Assembly: GCA_030141605.1 (NCBI GenBank)
Contig: JAQGDQ010000104.1
Coordinates: 555,610-619,609 of the forward strand
Length of the DNA stretch: 64,000 nucleotides
From: Tubiluchus corallicola
Lineage: Eukaryota > Animalia > Priapulida
Direction of reading: 5' to 3'
This document shows positions 12,501-24,712 of the stretch, one piece after another. How positions within the stretch are numbered: the stretch's first letter is position 1; the number at the start of each line of letters is the position of its first letter. A program made the translations under genes and the position numbers. The notes under the pieces are model-generated. The model was not told the origin of the DNA. It ran no database searches and was given only the letters and a program-made list of their open reading frames with translations.

Positions 12501-13493
12501 ACGTTGTAAGATGAGTTGACGTCTTTTATCATTTTTCGCGCTTTGCACATTTAATCGTATCAGCCTTGGTTTAATTTGATTTATAATTTAACTTATAGAA
12601 AAACATGAAATACAGTCACAGAGCTTAATAATGGCAACGATTGAAGTTGTTCACATATATGGCATGGCAAACTTCATAAATGGCTAAACTCTTTTCAGTT
12701 TTTGGATTCTGTTGGTAATATCTAAATTTACGTATTCGTACATCCACATGTCATTGCATACTGGATGAATGGTGTTAGCTTACATGCGTCAAACATGCTC
12801 TGACTGCTCCTAAACTTGGTACTTATTTTATGATCAGCTTCAGTGTAATAGGTTAAACTATAGAATAGTCATATAGCCTGCCCATCATGCTGAGAATTTT
12901 CAGAATAGACAGCTTTAGAATAACTGAGATTCAAGTTTGAATGACAAAGTCTCCAAATTGGCACAGGTGTGTTAGATTTAGATATGTATAGACTCCCCCA
13001 AAAGAAATAGCTGGAGACAGTGTTCCAGTTAAAAAGTTAAAACCACATAAAAATATTTTTTCTGGCTCTCACAGTCACCCATCAAATTAGTAATCAGATC
13101 CAATGCAGCTTAACTTTTGTAGCTACTACAATTGCTCAGTTATTCTCCTCACCACAGTACAAAAAGCTGGAAATCTTACACAGCATTTTGTTTAAGAGAG
13201 CAAAAACGAGCTAGTAGCTGACAAAATTTTTGAAATTTGACTATTTTCCATTTTTGAATGCCAAAATTTTGACTAGTTTCCAATTTTTGGTAATTGTGGA
13301 CTATGCGGTCTGTGCTGTCGTGACATACCCCAGGTTGAGAACTTCTGCATTTCACAGACTTGTCCAGGTTTACCATTATGTGTTCCAAGTAAAAAACTGT
13401 TCATGTGTACGTGGTTTTTCAGGTTTAATTTAGCAATGTGATACTGACGTGCTTTTTTCTGTGTTGCCTAGCAAACACAAAATACATTGAGAC

Positions 13494-14991
13494 ATGTTCT
13501 TTTCTTTGAGTTCTTCCAAGATGTGGTGGTGCATAATTCTGTTTAGCTTGGCAATTTACCCTGGTTTTATTTTTGCCGTTGAATATGGTAAGTCGTTAAT
13601 CTTTGTATATGATTAACTGTGCTTTTCTTCTGGACATCAGTAAACTATATAATGATGGAATAAACCCATAACTCATTAAATCGTTTAATCCTAACACTGT
13701 TAATTAAAGATACGAAAAGTGACAAAATTGGAACCAGGCACCCTTGTGTTACAAACTTGAAACAGCTTTGGTTGCTGGACACAGTCGTGTGCGATCAGTG
13801 TCTGTTCTGAGTCAAACCTGATGACTTGCCAATTTTTATAGCATTTGAAAATATTTGTTTACTCACAGTAAGATAATTAATAACCAATTTTGATTATTTT
13901 TTTTCATTTAATTTTAAACCTCTTCAATACTTGTCTATGTCTCTAGCTCTACTATCTCTTTAAACACCTACAAACTCTGCAAAACAATTTATCAAGCATT
14001 GGGTTTATTTCATTGTATTTATAATTCACGTAATTTATAATAGTGCAATTGAAATTCTATGTACAATTAAATGTTAAATTAATTTTGTTTTGTGATGACT
14101 TCTTAAAACTGTTCCATTGATTTAGTAATACTGCAATTGTGTGTTTCAAATAAACTCTTGAAAAACCACATTCTGGGATACCATATTTTGGAGAATCGTG
14201 TGAAATTTCACAAGTGGAGATATAGGATCATAGGAGTCACCCACCAGAACCTAAATTGCTGTCTTTGTTTAGATATTAGGACCTAATCTTGTCCCATTAC
14301 GCACATGAAGTAACCTTTCTTGGAATGCTAGATACTTTGAATGGGGCGAATAATAGGAAAAACAATGAGCTGCTGCCAGTAATATGGGGTGATAACCTGC
14401 AGGTGATATCCCCCCCCCAGAAATTGATAAAAAAATCTGTAAGCGATGAGAGTAATAACAGTCATATCTTACATGAAATCAGTGTTGTGTAAGATGGCAA
14501 ACTCATTTACTGAATATTAGGATTTTAATCATTTTTAGACCATCCAGACTCTAAAAGTGGTCAAACAGACATCACCATTATCACCAGTGTAAGCCATTTT
14601 GAGCTACAGAATGTTATGTATTATATTTTGTATCATTTTTGAACAATTTCATTACTAATATGTTACATACTGACTGCAGCTTAATATGAATGGTTAGCTT
14701 TATGACATGTTTTACATGTGTACATGATTTAGGAACGCTACTTGATACTGCTGCTAGCTTTTCTAAATGGACATTGTATGATAAGGATGGAGACGGCATT
14801 GGCGTGAGTACTTTAATTTATGTATTCGTGTTTGTTAGTTTTTGGGTTCCATAATGTTTGCATTTTATTTTGCTTGCCCATGGGCACTAGGCAGTGTCTT
14901 TGAATTTTAGTTTAAATTTTATTTATTTATAATTGTTTTATAATTGTGGCTGTAAAAAACAGAATATATATATATACTATTTAAAGTGATT

Positions 14992-15032
<41 letters not shown>

Positions 15033-15358
15033 AAACCTTGAATGCTTTTTATAGTCTCTTAATGATCATTTATTGATTTCAGGTATTTTGTTTTACTTTC
15101 CCCCTTAAATAATAATTGCAAGACTATAGAAGGCATTGAACACTGAACATTTATGTGAAAGATTGCAAGTCTCAGGAGACCGCGCCATATTTTCAGTAAA
15201 CTTTTGACTTGCATATACATTAGTGCTAAGCCTAGTCTTCGAGCAAGCTACCCTTATAGCACTGTTAATGTCATACATAGTCCTTAGCTGGGAGTTATCC
15301 GTTATCTGGTTTCATAGGTGGCTTGCTGCTCTTTCACATGTGTCTCTCTCTCATGCAT

Positions 15359-15455
<97 letters not shown>

Positions 15456-18400
15456 CTCTCTCTCTCTCTCGTTCTTTTCTTTCTTTCTAATTATGACTAT
15501 TTTTCTCGCGAGAATTTCCCCTTGTAACTGTGCTAACATGTAATAAACAAACAGTAAAACAGGCTTACAGGACTGCGGAAACGTTTACAAGAGATAAACA
15601 TGTGGTAAAAAACATTTTGTCAGAATAACATCATGAATGGGAATGCAGGATGCAGACTGTATCTGTCTTTTTATGGCAACTATTTTTAAAAGATTTTTTA
15701 GTAGGAAACACTTCCTGTTGTGTGCATACACAACGTAATTTTGCTGACCCGAAAATTTGTTGCTTGCACGTGGTGAAAGGCAGGGCTAATATTCTGAGCC
15801 TGGGCATTAACACATGATACATATTTATATTACTTCATTGGAAAAGTTTGTTTCAAACGTTTCTGTCATTAAGGTATAATAAGCTGCTCGGTTTTATAGC
15901 ATTGAACAACCATAAATGCTAAACATTCTTCTGTAGGCTGTTCAGTATGAGAATTACATGTTAACAACACAGACACATTTGTAAACTTATTCTAGAATGA
16001 GACTGTGTTTAAAGCCAGTTATACGTGCTAAAGCATTGCACTTTTAGTTAACAAGCAGTTTAAACACATTGGTAAAAAAGCACTGTGTGCTTTCTTAAAT
16101 ATATTTATAGACTGATAGATTGTATGACACTTTTCCTGTATGGCAGCTACTCATCCATTTACTATCCAGGTTCAGTATCTGACCGTGGTTGACAAAAGAA
16201 TGCCTTGACTAGTCAGCTGTTCTCCTGCTCCCAAACTATAGCCTCATTTATTTGCATAATTTTCTAATCTACTTTAAATTGTAACAAATAAAATGCTCTT
16301 CTTAATTTTTAGTGGGACGCTGATGAGACCACAAAAAGTTTTCTCACTCGAAGCTTATACCATAGAGGTCAGATGAATTGGCTGATTTCGCCTTACATAG
16401 ACCTGCATGGTGTTGGGATGGTTGACCTGCATTTAACAGTGAACTTTACTTCATGTCATTTTGACAAGTTACTGTTTGACAATTGCCGAATGTCTCAAAC
16501 TGTTAAACTCTTGAGTCAGAATCAGACGTCGTTCACCCTTCTCAAGAACCCGTCAACGCTGACCGACGATTTTGAAGCGGTAGCAGAAGTTCTCCCACAC
16601 GACTATGATGAGGCCACGGAAGTTAACATTTACGATGTGGCGACTCCGATGGCGACAACCGGTATGTACGTCGCCTTAGTTGACTATGGCACCTCCGTAA
16701 CTTTGAGCAAGATTACGATCCGACACAAATATTGTAGCCATGAGATTCATAAGCTTGTCATATTTGAACAAAGTGTGCCATCTCTCGAACCGCACACGGG
16801 GCGGTGTGCAGACAATGCCGTATCTGCCGCACCTGTGCAACGCACTTGTAACAGTGAAGGCGATTGGTCGCCACTTCGAGAGGAATGCAAATGCAGAAGT
16901 CGTTTCGTTGGTGTTGGAAATCGATGCATTGGTAAGACAACGACTGAGAAATGGTTGAGATTTTGTCTTAAAATACATTTAGAGATGACTTTAAATTTTG
17001 AAAAATGTTGCTTTGTCTCTGAACATTATTTGTGGATGTACCTGTGGTCCTCTTGCCCATTGCTAGGCCACTCCTTGTTACCTGCTACTCAACTGCATGA
17101 CCAAGTACTCAATTATGGCTGACAGTGCAAGCAGTCGGAGAGTCCTGTTCGAGCCATGTTCCAAACGAACAAACTTCTCTAGTTTTAGGTTTATTGAGTA
17201 CTTGATCAGTAAGTAGAGGATGACCACCTGTCTTCATTGTATGCTGAGGTTATGAATACAGACCCAATACCATCTATCCTTAAGCAGTTATGTATGGCAC
17301 CATTACTTTTCTTTTTCTCTTTTGCACTCATCCACCCATATACCAACAGGAGCTGAATAGTGCATAACTGCATGAACAAGCTCTTTTTACCCTAACTAAA
17401 CTACCCTTAAATCTCCAAAATATGAGTTTGCAAACTTTACTTTTGTCACAGTGGTAAATAAAGGCAGCAGAGTTTGTAAAAACTAAGAATTTGTTCTGGG
17501 TAGTACATGTATTTTTGTAGTTTGTAGAGCTTGTAATGAATTAAATATGACAAATCAAGGCAATAATCATTATATTCATTTATGAATGTACATGTATTTT
17601 TGTACTACATTGTAATACAAATGACAATTATAAATGGGCCACTGCATTACAAATGAATAACCCAATATACTATAACTATAACTATAACCCAAGGTTGACT
17701 GCAATATTATTTTTATATCTCTTTGTTAAAGATTTTTAGCATTTAATCTTTTGTAACTAACATAGTGCATATTACGCCGAACCTGAAGATATCGTCCCTT
17801 ATAACCGAAAGTCCCTTATATCCGAGTACCTTATATACGAAGATTTTTACATAGGAAAAACGTTACGAAAAATCGGGACCGGTATTTGTAGTCGCCTTAT
17901 AAGTGAGTACCTTATACCCGATGTTGACTATAATATTATTTTTATATCTCTTTGTTAAAGATTTTTAGCATTTAATCTTCTGTAACTAACATAGTGCAGA
18001 TTAAAGCTGTGCATTCACCAAGCAAATTTGTCTTCATGGAGATTTTTGTTTTGCAAATTTTTTCTGTAATATCCAACTCTTGTTACAACAAAAAACGTCT
18101 AACCATTTTGTCATAATCAAATAAGAAACATCTGTCCACAAAACCCTATAACTATAACCTATACCAAATTGAATTAGAAAAGTCGGCTAATTTTTATGTT
18201 TCTGATGTTGTTTTATATTCACTCTTCAATGAATTATTTACATGTATTTATTGCTAATAGTGATTGTCATTTCAGCTCAGAAGTGTACAGCGTCAACGTG
18301 CAAAAATGGCGCCACCTGTTCTGAGAATTCTGGAACTTTCGTTTGTCATTGCACTGAAGGATACACCGGACAGATGTGCGAGTCAGTATGTGAGTAACTG

Positions 18401-21400
18401 ACATAATTTTTGCTGTGTAATTTTCTGTAGACTGCATTTTTAGAGCTCTTTTAGCTCGCTGTAGTTTTAACTTCTTCTGTTATAATGAAGGATTTATATA
18501 TGTAACGCAAAACGGTTAAATCCAACTCATCCTAATGTTTGTGTACATTGGTTTATCTTAATTATGCAAGCAACAAAGGCGAAGCTGATTTTGAGAAATA
18601 AAGTGTGTGGGTTCACAAACGCATGCATTGTACTACGAATGATACTTATTGGTGATGGGGAAAACAAATTCTTAAAATGAAAATAACAGTTAACGCCCAC
18701 TTAAGCAAAGACATGGTTTTTATTCAGACAACGTATACTTTTATTTAGGTGGATTGCTGCATGAGTATGATCGTAACTGGTCAAAACGTTGTAGGTGCTG
18801 CTTGTGTCTGAATAAAAGCCATGTCTTTGCTTAAATGGGTGCTGGCTTTTATTCTCATTTGAATGGCATTTGTACATGCAGTGGGAGCTATAAAAATTTT
18901 CTAGCTTTTTCTTACATTATACGTTGCAAAATTTTGTTAGATTTCAAGCAAGCTTTTTTTATTTGTTGCATTACATGTACTTTATTGGCATATGTTTGTA
19001 CGTCAGTTCTTTATCTTGCTTTCCCTTTCTTTTCATTCTTGTTTCTCCTCTTTATGTTTCTTAAATCTGGAATGTTTGTACTGTGAAATCAAAAAACATA
19101 GTTTGATATTATTTAAGTTACTATGGTTGTAACTTGTTCCATCATATATGTCAAGCAAATACTTTAGTGTAATTACGTGGATGTATTTACAATGTTTTAC
19201 AGTAAACAGTGGACCCGATGAAATTTCTATCGTATTCGGTCACTCGAGTCGTGAAGGAGAATGCGTGTCCGAGGGTCAGCGGGTCAGTTTCCGCTGCATA
19301 GCGTCCGGCGGTTACGAGCCGATATCAATCGAGTGGTCTAGGGATCAACATGCACTGAATGTGGGAAACAAGGGCAATGTGGTAAAGCAGACTGATGGAA
19401 CTTACGTGAGTGGTAAGATTTTTTTAATTGATTCTTATCAGCTGCTAAAACGTGGCACCATTCCTGCTTTACTGTCCTGTGCCTCTAAACTTCTTTTTAC
19501 ATTTTGACTCGCCGAAACTGGGATTTGTCATTCACTGGGGCTTTCTAAATGATGATGTCCGTACCGAAAACCAGAAGTCGGTACATCAGCAAAAAGATAT
19601 CCTCTAAAATGAGCCACTGAACCAGCAGAGGCATCTTATCCATGTTATGATGCATATACATCCTCCCTCTATGAGGTAAGTAGACGTAATCAGTATGTCG
19701 AGTATAAACACCTGGAGTGAGTATCGAACCTAGGCTGTAGCAAACTATTTAAATGAAACGTAGATGTAAGACTGCTCGAATATTCGCTCCATGACAAAAT
19801 TGCCAAGTGTTATCATCGCTTTCATATGTTCAAGATTACATTTAAATCTGAGCAAAATATAGTGTGTATCCCATAATTCTTCGGGCAGAACTTTGGACCT
19901 ACTGATTATCACGCTGTGGAAATGCACTAAAAGAGTCTTTAGAAGCAATATATGAACAAATATCGGAACATTTTTGACATGCTTCAACTCGTTACTAAAT
20001 TTTGGGTTCTGTGTTTACTAACTCAGACGACTATTCCATTTATTTCTGTGCAGATGTGTTATGTACATACACATTTCCCTACCTGTTAAATTTGGTCTTG
20101 CCACTTCTGTCTTCAGTCATGTGACCAGGCAGTTGGCCAGGTATGCAATTCAAGTTGATATGGCGTGAATGTTGTGAATTGATATCTATTGTTTTTTTGC
20201 AAGTTATAAGCGCCAAAACTCAGGGAGACCACATGTAAGTGTCTAATTATATTTATTGAACTGCTTTATACAATTAGGGGTATTTTGCTGTTTTTTTTTG
20301 TATAATTATAGACAAAAATCACGTAACATAATTAGGTAACTTACCTGTATCAAACTTGTGTTTTTCGCTAAAAACTTCATGCTGTAATTTGTTATTACAG
20401 ATAAAATGACAATTGCTGCATATTAAACATATTTGGATGTTCTCGAGTTTAAATGTAGTACAGATGTAGCAAGAACCATTATTTCTCTTTCACCGATACA
20501 GTTTTAAGCCGATTATTAGTTGCTACAGTCAGCTGTGTTGCAGTCGCTGTCACGTTTCTTACAGCTAATACTCCATGATTGTTTCAGTTATGGAATCTCC
20601 GACGCTAACACTGTCGTCCCAGCATCATGGTTCAGTCATGACCTGTGAAGCCTACAACAGCTTCAACATCATGACTCCACTAGAAGCCAATCAGACACTT
20701 CAAGTTTGTTGTGAGTTTTGCATGGTTAATTACTCTCTTATATTTACTGTGTTTCATTTTTTATGTTTATTGTTTTTATTCATACTCATCTACTGGCTAG
20801 CAACTGATTCAGATATACAAGTCACAAAGTTCGTTTTTGTGCAGAATATTTAACTGACACAAATGATAAAATAAGTAAATTGGCGCAGTTATAAGCTGTA
20901 TGTACTTTCATAATGGAATCTGTTTATACCGTTTACCAAGGCTCTAGGTGAAACAAACACATTTAAGTTTCAGTTTCCTTTGCTGAACATATTGCAATGA
21001 TGCTGGGTATTCGCTGCCAAGGAGTCTGATTGGTCGCACATCTAGTCAATTTGTTTCTTAATATTTCGGATGCCATGTAATCCAGGTTCAATGCCAGGTT
21101 GATGAAAAACTTTATAAAGACAGACAGAAATTTGTAGAATTGCCAGTAAATTTGTCCCGTGTGCATCATTTATTTTTATTGTTATTAGTACTCTTTGTTG
21201 CTAAAATGTTACATACAATGTTTATTTATCCATATTTACATTAAAATTTGTATTTAAGCAGTTTTAAAAACTAATAAAAGCAATAATGTCGTATACTTGA
21301 AACCAAATTAAAACTATATACAAATGAATTGGAAATTTTACAAAATGCGCACAACATAATCCCGGTTATCATGCTAGTTGTGTCTACGGAACAGGTGCAG

Positions 21401-24400
21401 TGATGGTAAAAACACCTGTCCATTCACCTGCTGAATCGACAAGACCATTCCATATCAGCAGTTTTACACGGGGTAGCAAAGCTGATATGCAAAGGCTTCA
21501 TAATGGATCGAACTATCACATTATAGGGGTAGGGGGTGAAAATAAATGGTGTTTTACCGTCGTTACAATATGAAGCATTTACATGAAACACGAGCTTTGT
21601 TGTCTGTACAGTGGAAGCACCAACAAAGCAATTTTTTTACTTTGAGAGAAGAAATTTCAAGTCTGAGCATATGCTGACTACTTTTTCTTTAACTGTGTCT
21701 GTTAACTTTAGTTCTACTAAGGGATTTGATTTAAACAGCACCAGTGATACAATTGGACTTTGTTGGTGGGGGCAGGTCAGGAATTTGACCTCTGAACACT
21801 GCTGATGACTTTTTAATCTTTACATTTTAGAACAAAACAAATTGTATGACTCTCTAACCTTAAGCATGAATAATAAAAAATAGTGACATATGGTAAATTG
21901 TGATTACTTAATATTATATTTATTCTTGTTCCAGTTGGCCCTAAAGAAACTGATGATATACACATCCAGCATAAAGTAATAGCTGACGGCATCGAAGATT
22001 ATGTACTTGTGCATTGCTCGCTGGCAAATGTGTTTTCGAATAGTTTCAAATTTGAATGGAAATTTAATAACAATGAACTGCCGGAATCAGCAAAACAGGT
22101 ATGTCAGTAAACATCTGGGCCATCTAGATGGGTTTTGCCCTAATTTTGATGAGTTATGGATAGTATGAATAGTGTGTTGTACATTACATGAGTTTCTTTG
22201 ACAGTTCGAATTGGGTAGATCTAATTCTATTGCTTTTCCCTGAAGAAAAAAATATAAAACACTATCTTAAACTGCTAATTTTATTCTGAGGTTTGAAATA
22301 TTTTGACATAATTTACCTCTTTTTGCTTTTGTGCTAAGAGAGACGAAGGTCAGAGAAGCTTAGTTGAGATTTTGAAGTCGGAACTTGACAAGAGTATTAT
22401 GAGCGGGAACACTGCAGATTTCTCCTGTGCCGTTAAGAATCTCAAGGTCGTCGGAGGAGAAACTGTCTCCCAGTATGCAACCTATGATAAAACAGTAGTA
22501 GCAGACAGACATAAATCAGGTAATAATTGTTAATTAGCAGGTGAGTGTGGAGTTAGTGTAGTTGGTCTGAGTTTAGTTCTAGTGGGGGATTTGATTTAAA
22601 CAGCTTCAACAATGCAATTTTTGAACTTTGTTGGTGGGGAGGGGGGAGGAATTTGATCTCTGAACACTGTTGATAACTTTTTAATCTTTACGTTTTAGAG
22701 CAAAACAAATTGTGTGACTCACTCTCTAACCTTAAGCATGATTAATAAAAAAATAGTGACATATTGGTAAATTGTGGTTACTCAATTTTATATTTTTTCT
22801 ATAAAATAGAACTACATGTAATCACACTTGTTTTTGCATAATTCTTTTCAACTGAAATTGTCTAAAATTATTGTCTTATAGCTTTGGCATTCACTGCCAT
22901 AGTGACTAAACTTGTCATTTTGCAGTAGAATAGATTTTTACCTTGTCTGTATTTAAACAAAGGTAACATTTTAGTAAGAATGTAATGTAGAAGAATGGTC
23001 AGCTTATTGCTCAGCAGCCAAAGTTAAGCAATGCAGAGCCTCCTCTGTAAATGAATAGGTGCCTGCTTCTATACTTCATTCGTCTTATAGCCTGTAGCTG
23101 TTTACTTCTTTGAGGGAGAATGCTTAAGCCAAGACTACTTTTCTATTCAGTGCGACATTAATCTTTGATAACGAGCTAAGTTTTGCATGTGCCACATTAA
23201 ATCCTGGATCTGGATCTCAACTTGCTGAGTGGTAAACTGTGTAAGAAAACAACACTTTGTTCTGCATATTGCAAAATTTTAAGCTAAGGTTCTAATTTAT
23301 TGACCTTTGTTGCTTTGTAAGAAACCTCTACTTACCCTGTTTGCCTTCTTTTACTTTCTAAAAATGCGAACGGGATGATTTAAATACAAGATGATGACAC
23401 AAAATATAATTTAGTTTTTTTATATGTGTACATTTTATATGTCAAATCAAAGTGGGCCAAGCAACGATCCCTGAAGAATACCTTTTTTGTATTCATCAGG
23501 TTTAGTGTTACGCTGTTCCCGTTTATTCATTTATTACTCTCAGATAGAAACTGAAAAGTTTGGGACTGCCTCACCCAGCTAGTGATTGATTGCTCTTGGT
23601 GGCTTCATTATTGTTCATTTGTTTATTATTTACAGACAAACGTTGGAAGGTTTGGGTTGCCGTGCTCGTGTGTGTTGTTGGTGTTGCACTTGGTATCATT
23701 CTCGTGGTTTACTTTGTGAGAAAGTAAGTGTTACTTTTGTTGTCGAGTCTTCACTGTCAAAGTTCAAAAGGGCTCACAGTCCAAATCTTAACTGAGTTTG
23801 TTATTACCCAAGCCTGAGTACAAATACGAGTCTGTAAGTTTTATTGATAGCTAAGAAGTAACTACTAGATATACTCTTGGTGCAGCTTTAGTAGTTACTG
23901 AAAATCGTACATTTACTAAGCCATACCCCCTATCGAAGACGCGGTTCTTAATTATCATTGAAGCCTTAGTTCTTAGTAGAGCCATAGTTCTTACTGAAGG
24001 CTTAGCTTCTACTAAAGCCATGGCTTTTGCTGAAGCCATAGTTCCTATTAAAGCCACAATTATTACCGAAGCCTTAGCTCTTTCTGAAGCCATAGCTTTG
24101 ACTGAAACTGTAGTCCTTACTGATGTCATAGTTCTTACTGACACCATAGGTCTTATTGAAGCCAGAGTTATTACTGAAGCCATGTCTTACCAAAGTCACA
24201 GCTCTTACTAAAATCATAGATATAAAATTCAATAGAAGCCATGAATCTTACTACAGCCTCAGTTTTTATTTAACCCGTAGCTTTTACTGAAGTGACATCT
24301 TATAGTGAAGGTATAACTTTTACTGAAACTGCAGCTCTTATTGAGCCATTGTTCTTACTGAAGCCATGTAGCGCCTATTAAGTTGATAAAAATGTCAAAC

Positions 24401-24712
24401 AGACAAATTAAACATACTACCTACAACCAGGAGCTGATGAAAGTGTCACACAGACAAATTAAGAATACTACTTACAATCAGGAATTGACAAGTTGCAGAG
24501 ATGATTTTACCATACTACTGTTGCATCGGAAAATTAAATGTCTTACTTGCAACCAGAACATGATGCAAAAAAACACCGCAGAGACAAATTAAGCATACTA
24601 CTTGTAACCAGTATGTTAATTCTTACTTTGCTTCCACTTTCTTTTTTCTAGGAGCAGAAAGAAGATCTCGGATAAACCAGATGTGGAAACAGAGAACGTG
24701 CCACCAAGCTGA
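13494..24712 (+). CDS. Kinase-less Eph-ligand-binding-domain / EGF / Ig single-pass membrane protein (574 aa)
   Basis: Exons 13494-13587, 14733-14803, 16313-16931, 18276-18389, 19203-19412, 20588-20710, 21935-22098, 22339-22519, 23636-23723 and 24652-24712 (1725 nt, all GT-AG, phases consistent). Signal peptide; Eph-LBD-like TLLDT...W...QMNWLISPYI...GMYVALVDYGTSVTLSKITIRHKYC; Eph Cys-rich GRCADNA...CNSEGDW...CKC; EGF CKNGATC...CHCTEGYTGQMC; two Ig domains; TM VWVAVLVCVVGVALGIILVVYFV; tail RKSRKKISDKPDVETENVPPS*. Confidence 0.85.
14995..15030. repeat. (AT)n microsatellite
   Basis: Pure AT run. Confidence 0.95.
15360..15470. repeat. (CA)n(CT)n compound microsatellite
   Basis: About 46 CA units followed by about 9 CT units. 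Confidence 0.98.
17776..17931. mobile_element. Partial copy (right end) of the 9749-10204 MITE family
   Basis: GATATCGTCCCTTATAACCGAAAGTCCCTTATATCCGA...GTACCTTATACCCGATGTTGACTATA matches ~10060-10206. Confidence 0.8.
21706..22795 (+). repeat. ~220-bp direct repeat pair (21706-21920 and 22572-22795) flanking the second Ig module
   Basis: TTTAGTTCTA..GGGATTTGATTTAAACAGC...CTCTCTAACCTTAAGCATGA.TAATAAAAAA..TAGTGACATAT occurs in both places. Confidence 0.85.
23885..24367. repeat. Degenerate 18-bp minisatellite (consensus ~CTGAAGCCATAGTTCTTA)
   Basis: Regular 18-nt periodicity, giving 6-aa periodic ORFs on both strands. Confidence 0.85.
24395..24611. repeat. Degenerate ~50-bp tandem repeat
   Basis: ACAAATTAA...TACTAC(C/T)T(A/G)(C/T)AA(C/T)CAG recurs 4-5 times. 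Confidence 0.6.

Noticed and set aside
15223-15543. ORFs with (HT)n or (CV)n tracts
   Set aside because: Translation artefacts of the (CA)n microsatellite.
19549-19620. C/D-box snoRNA (ATGATGA...CTGA)
   Set aside because: No good terminal stem, and the 3' part (ATGAGCCACTGAAC) recurs at ~39278, suggesting a repeat.
23851-24211. 6-aa periodic ORFs as an alternative cytoplasmic exon or separate gene
   Set aside because: They derive from an 18-bp minisatellite, lack convincing splice sites, and the TM exon joins 24652 cleanly in phase 2.
16313-24712. Truncated Eph kinase pseudogene
   Set aside because: No stops or frameshifts in ten exons, intact splice sites, complete TM and terminal exon, and no FN3 or kinase remnants seen downstream.
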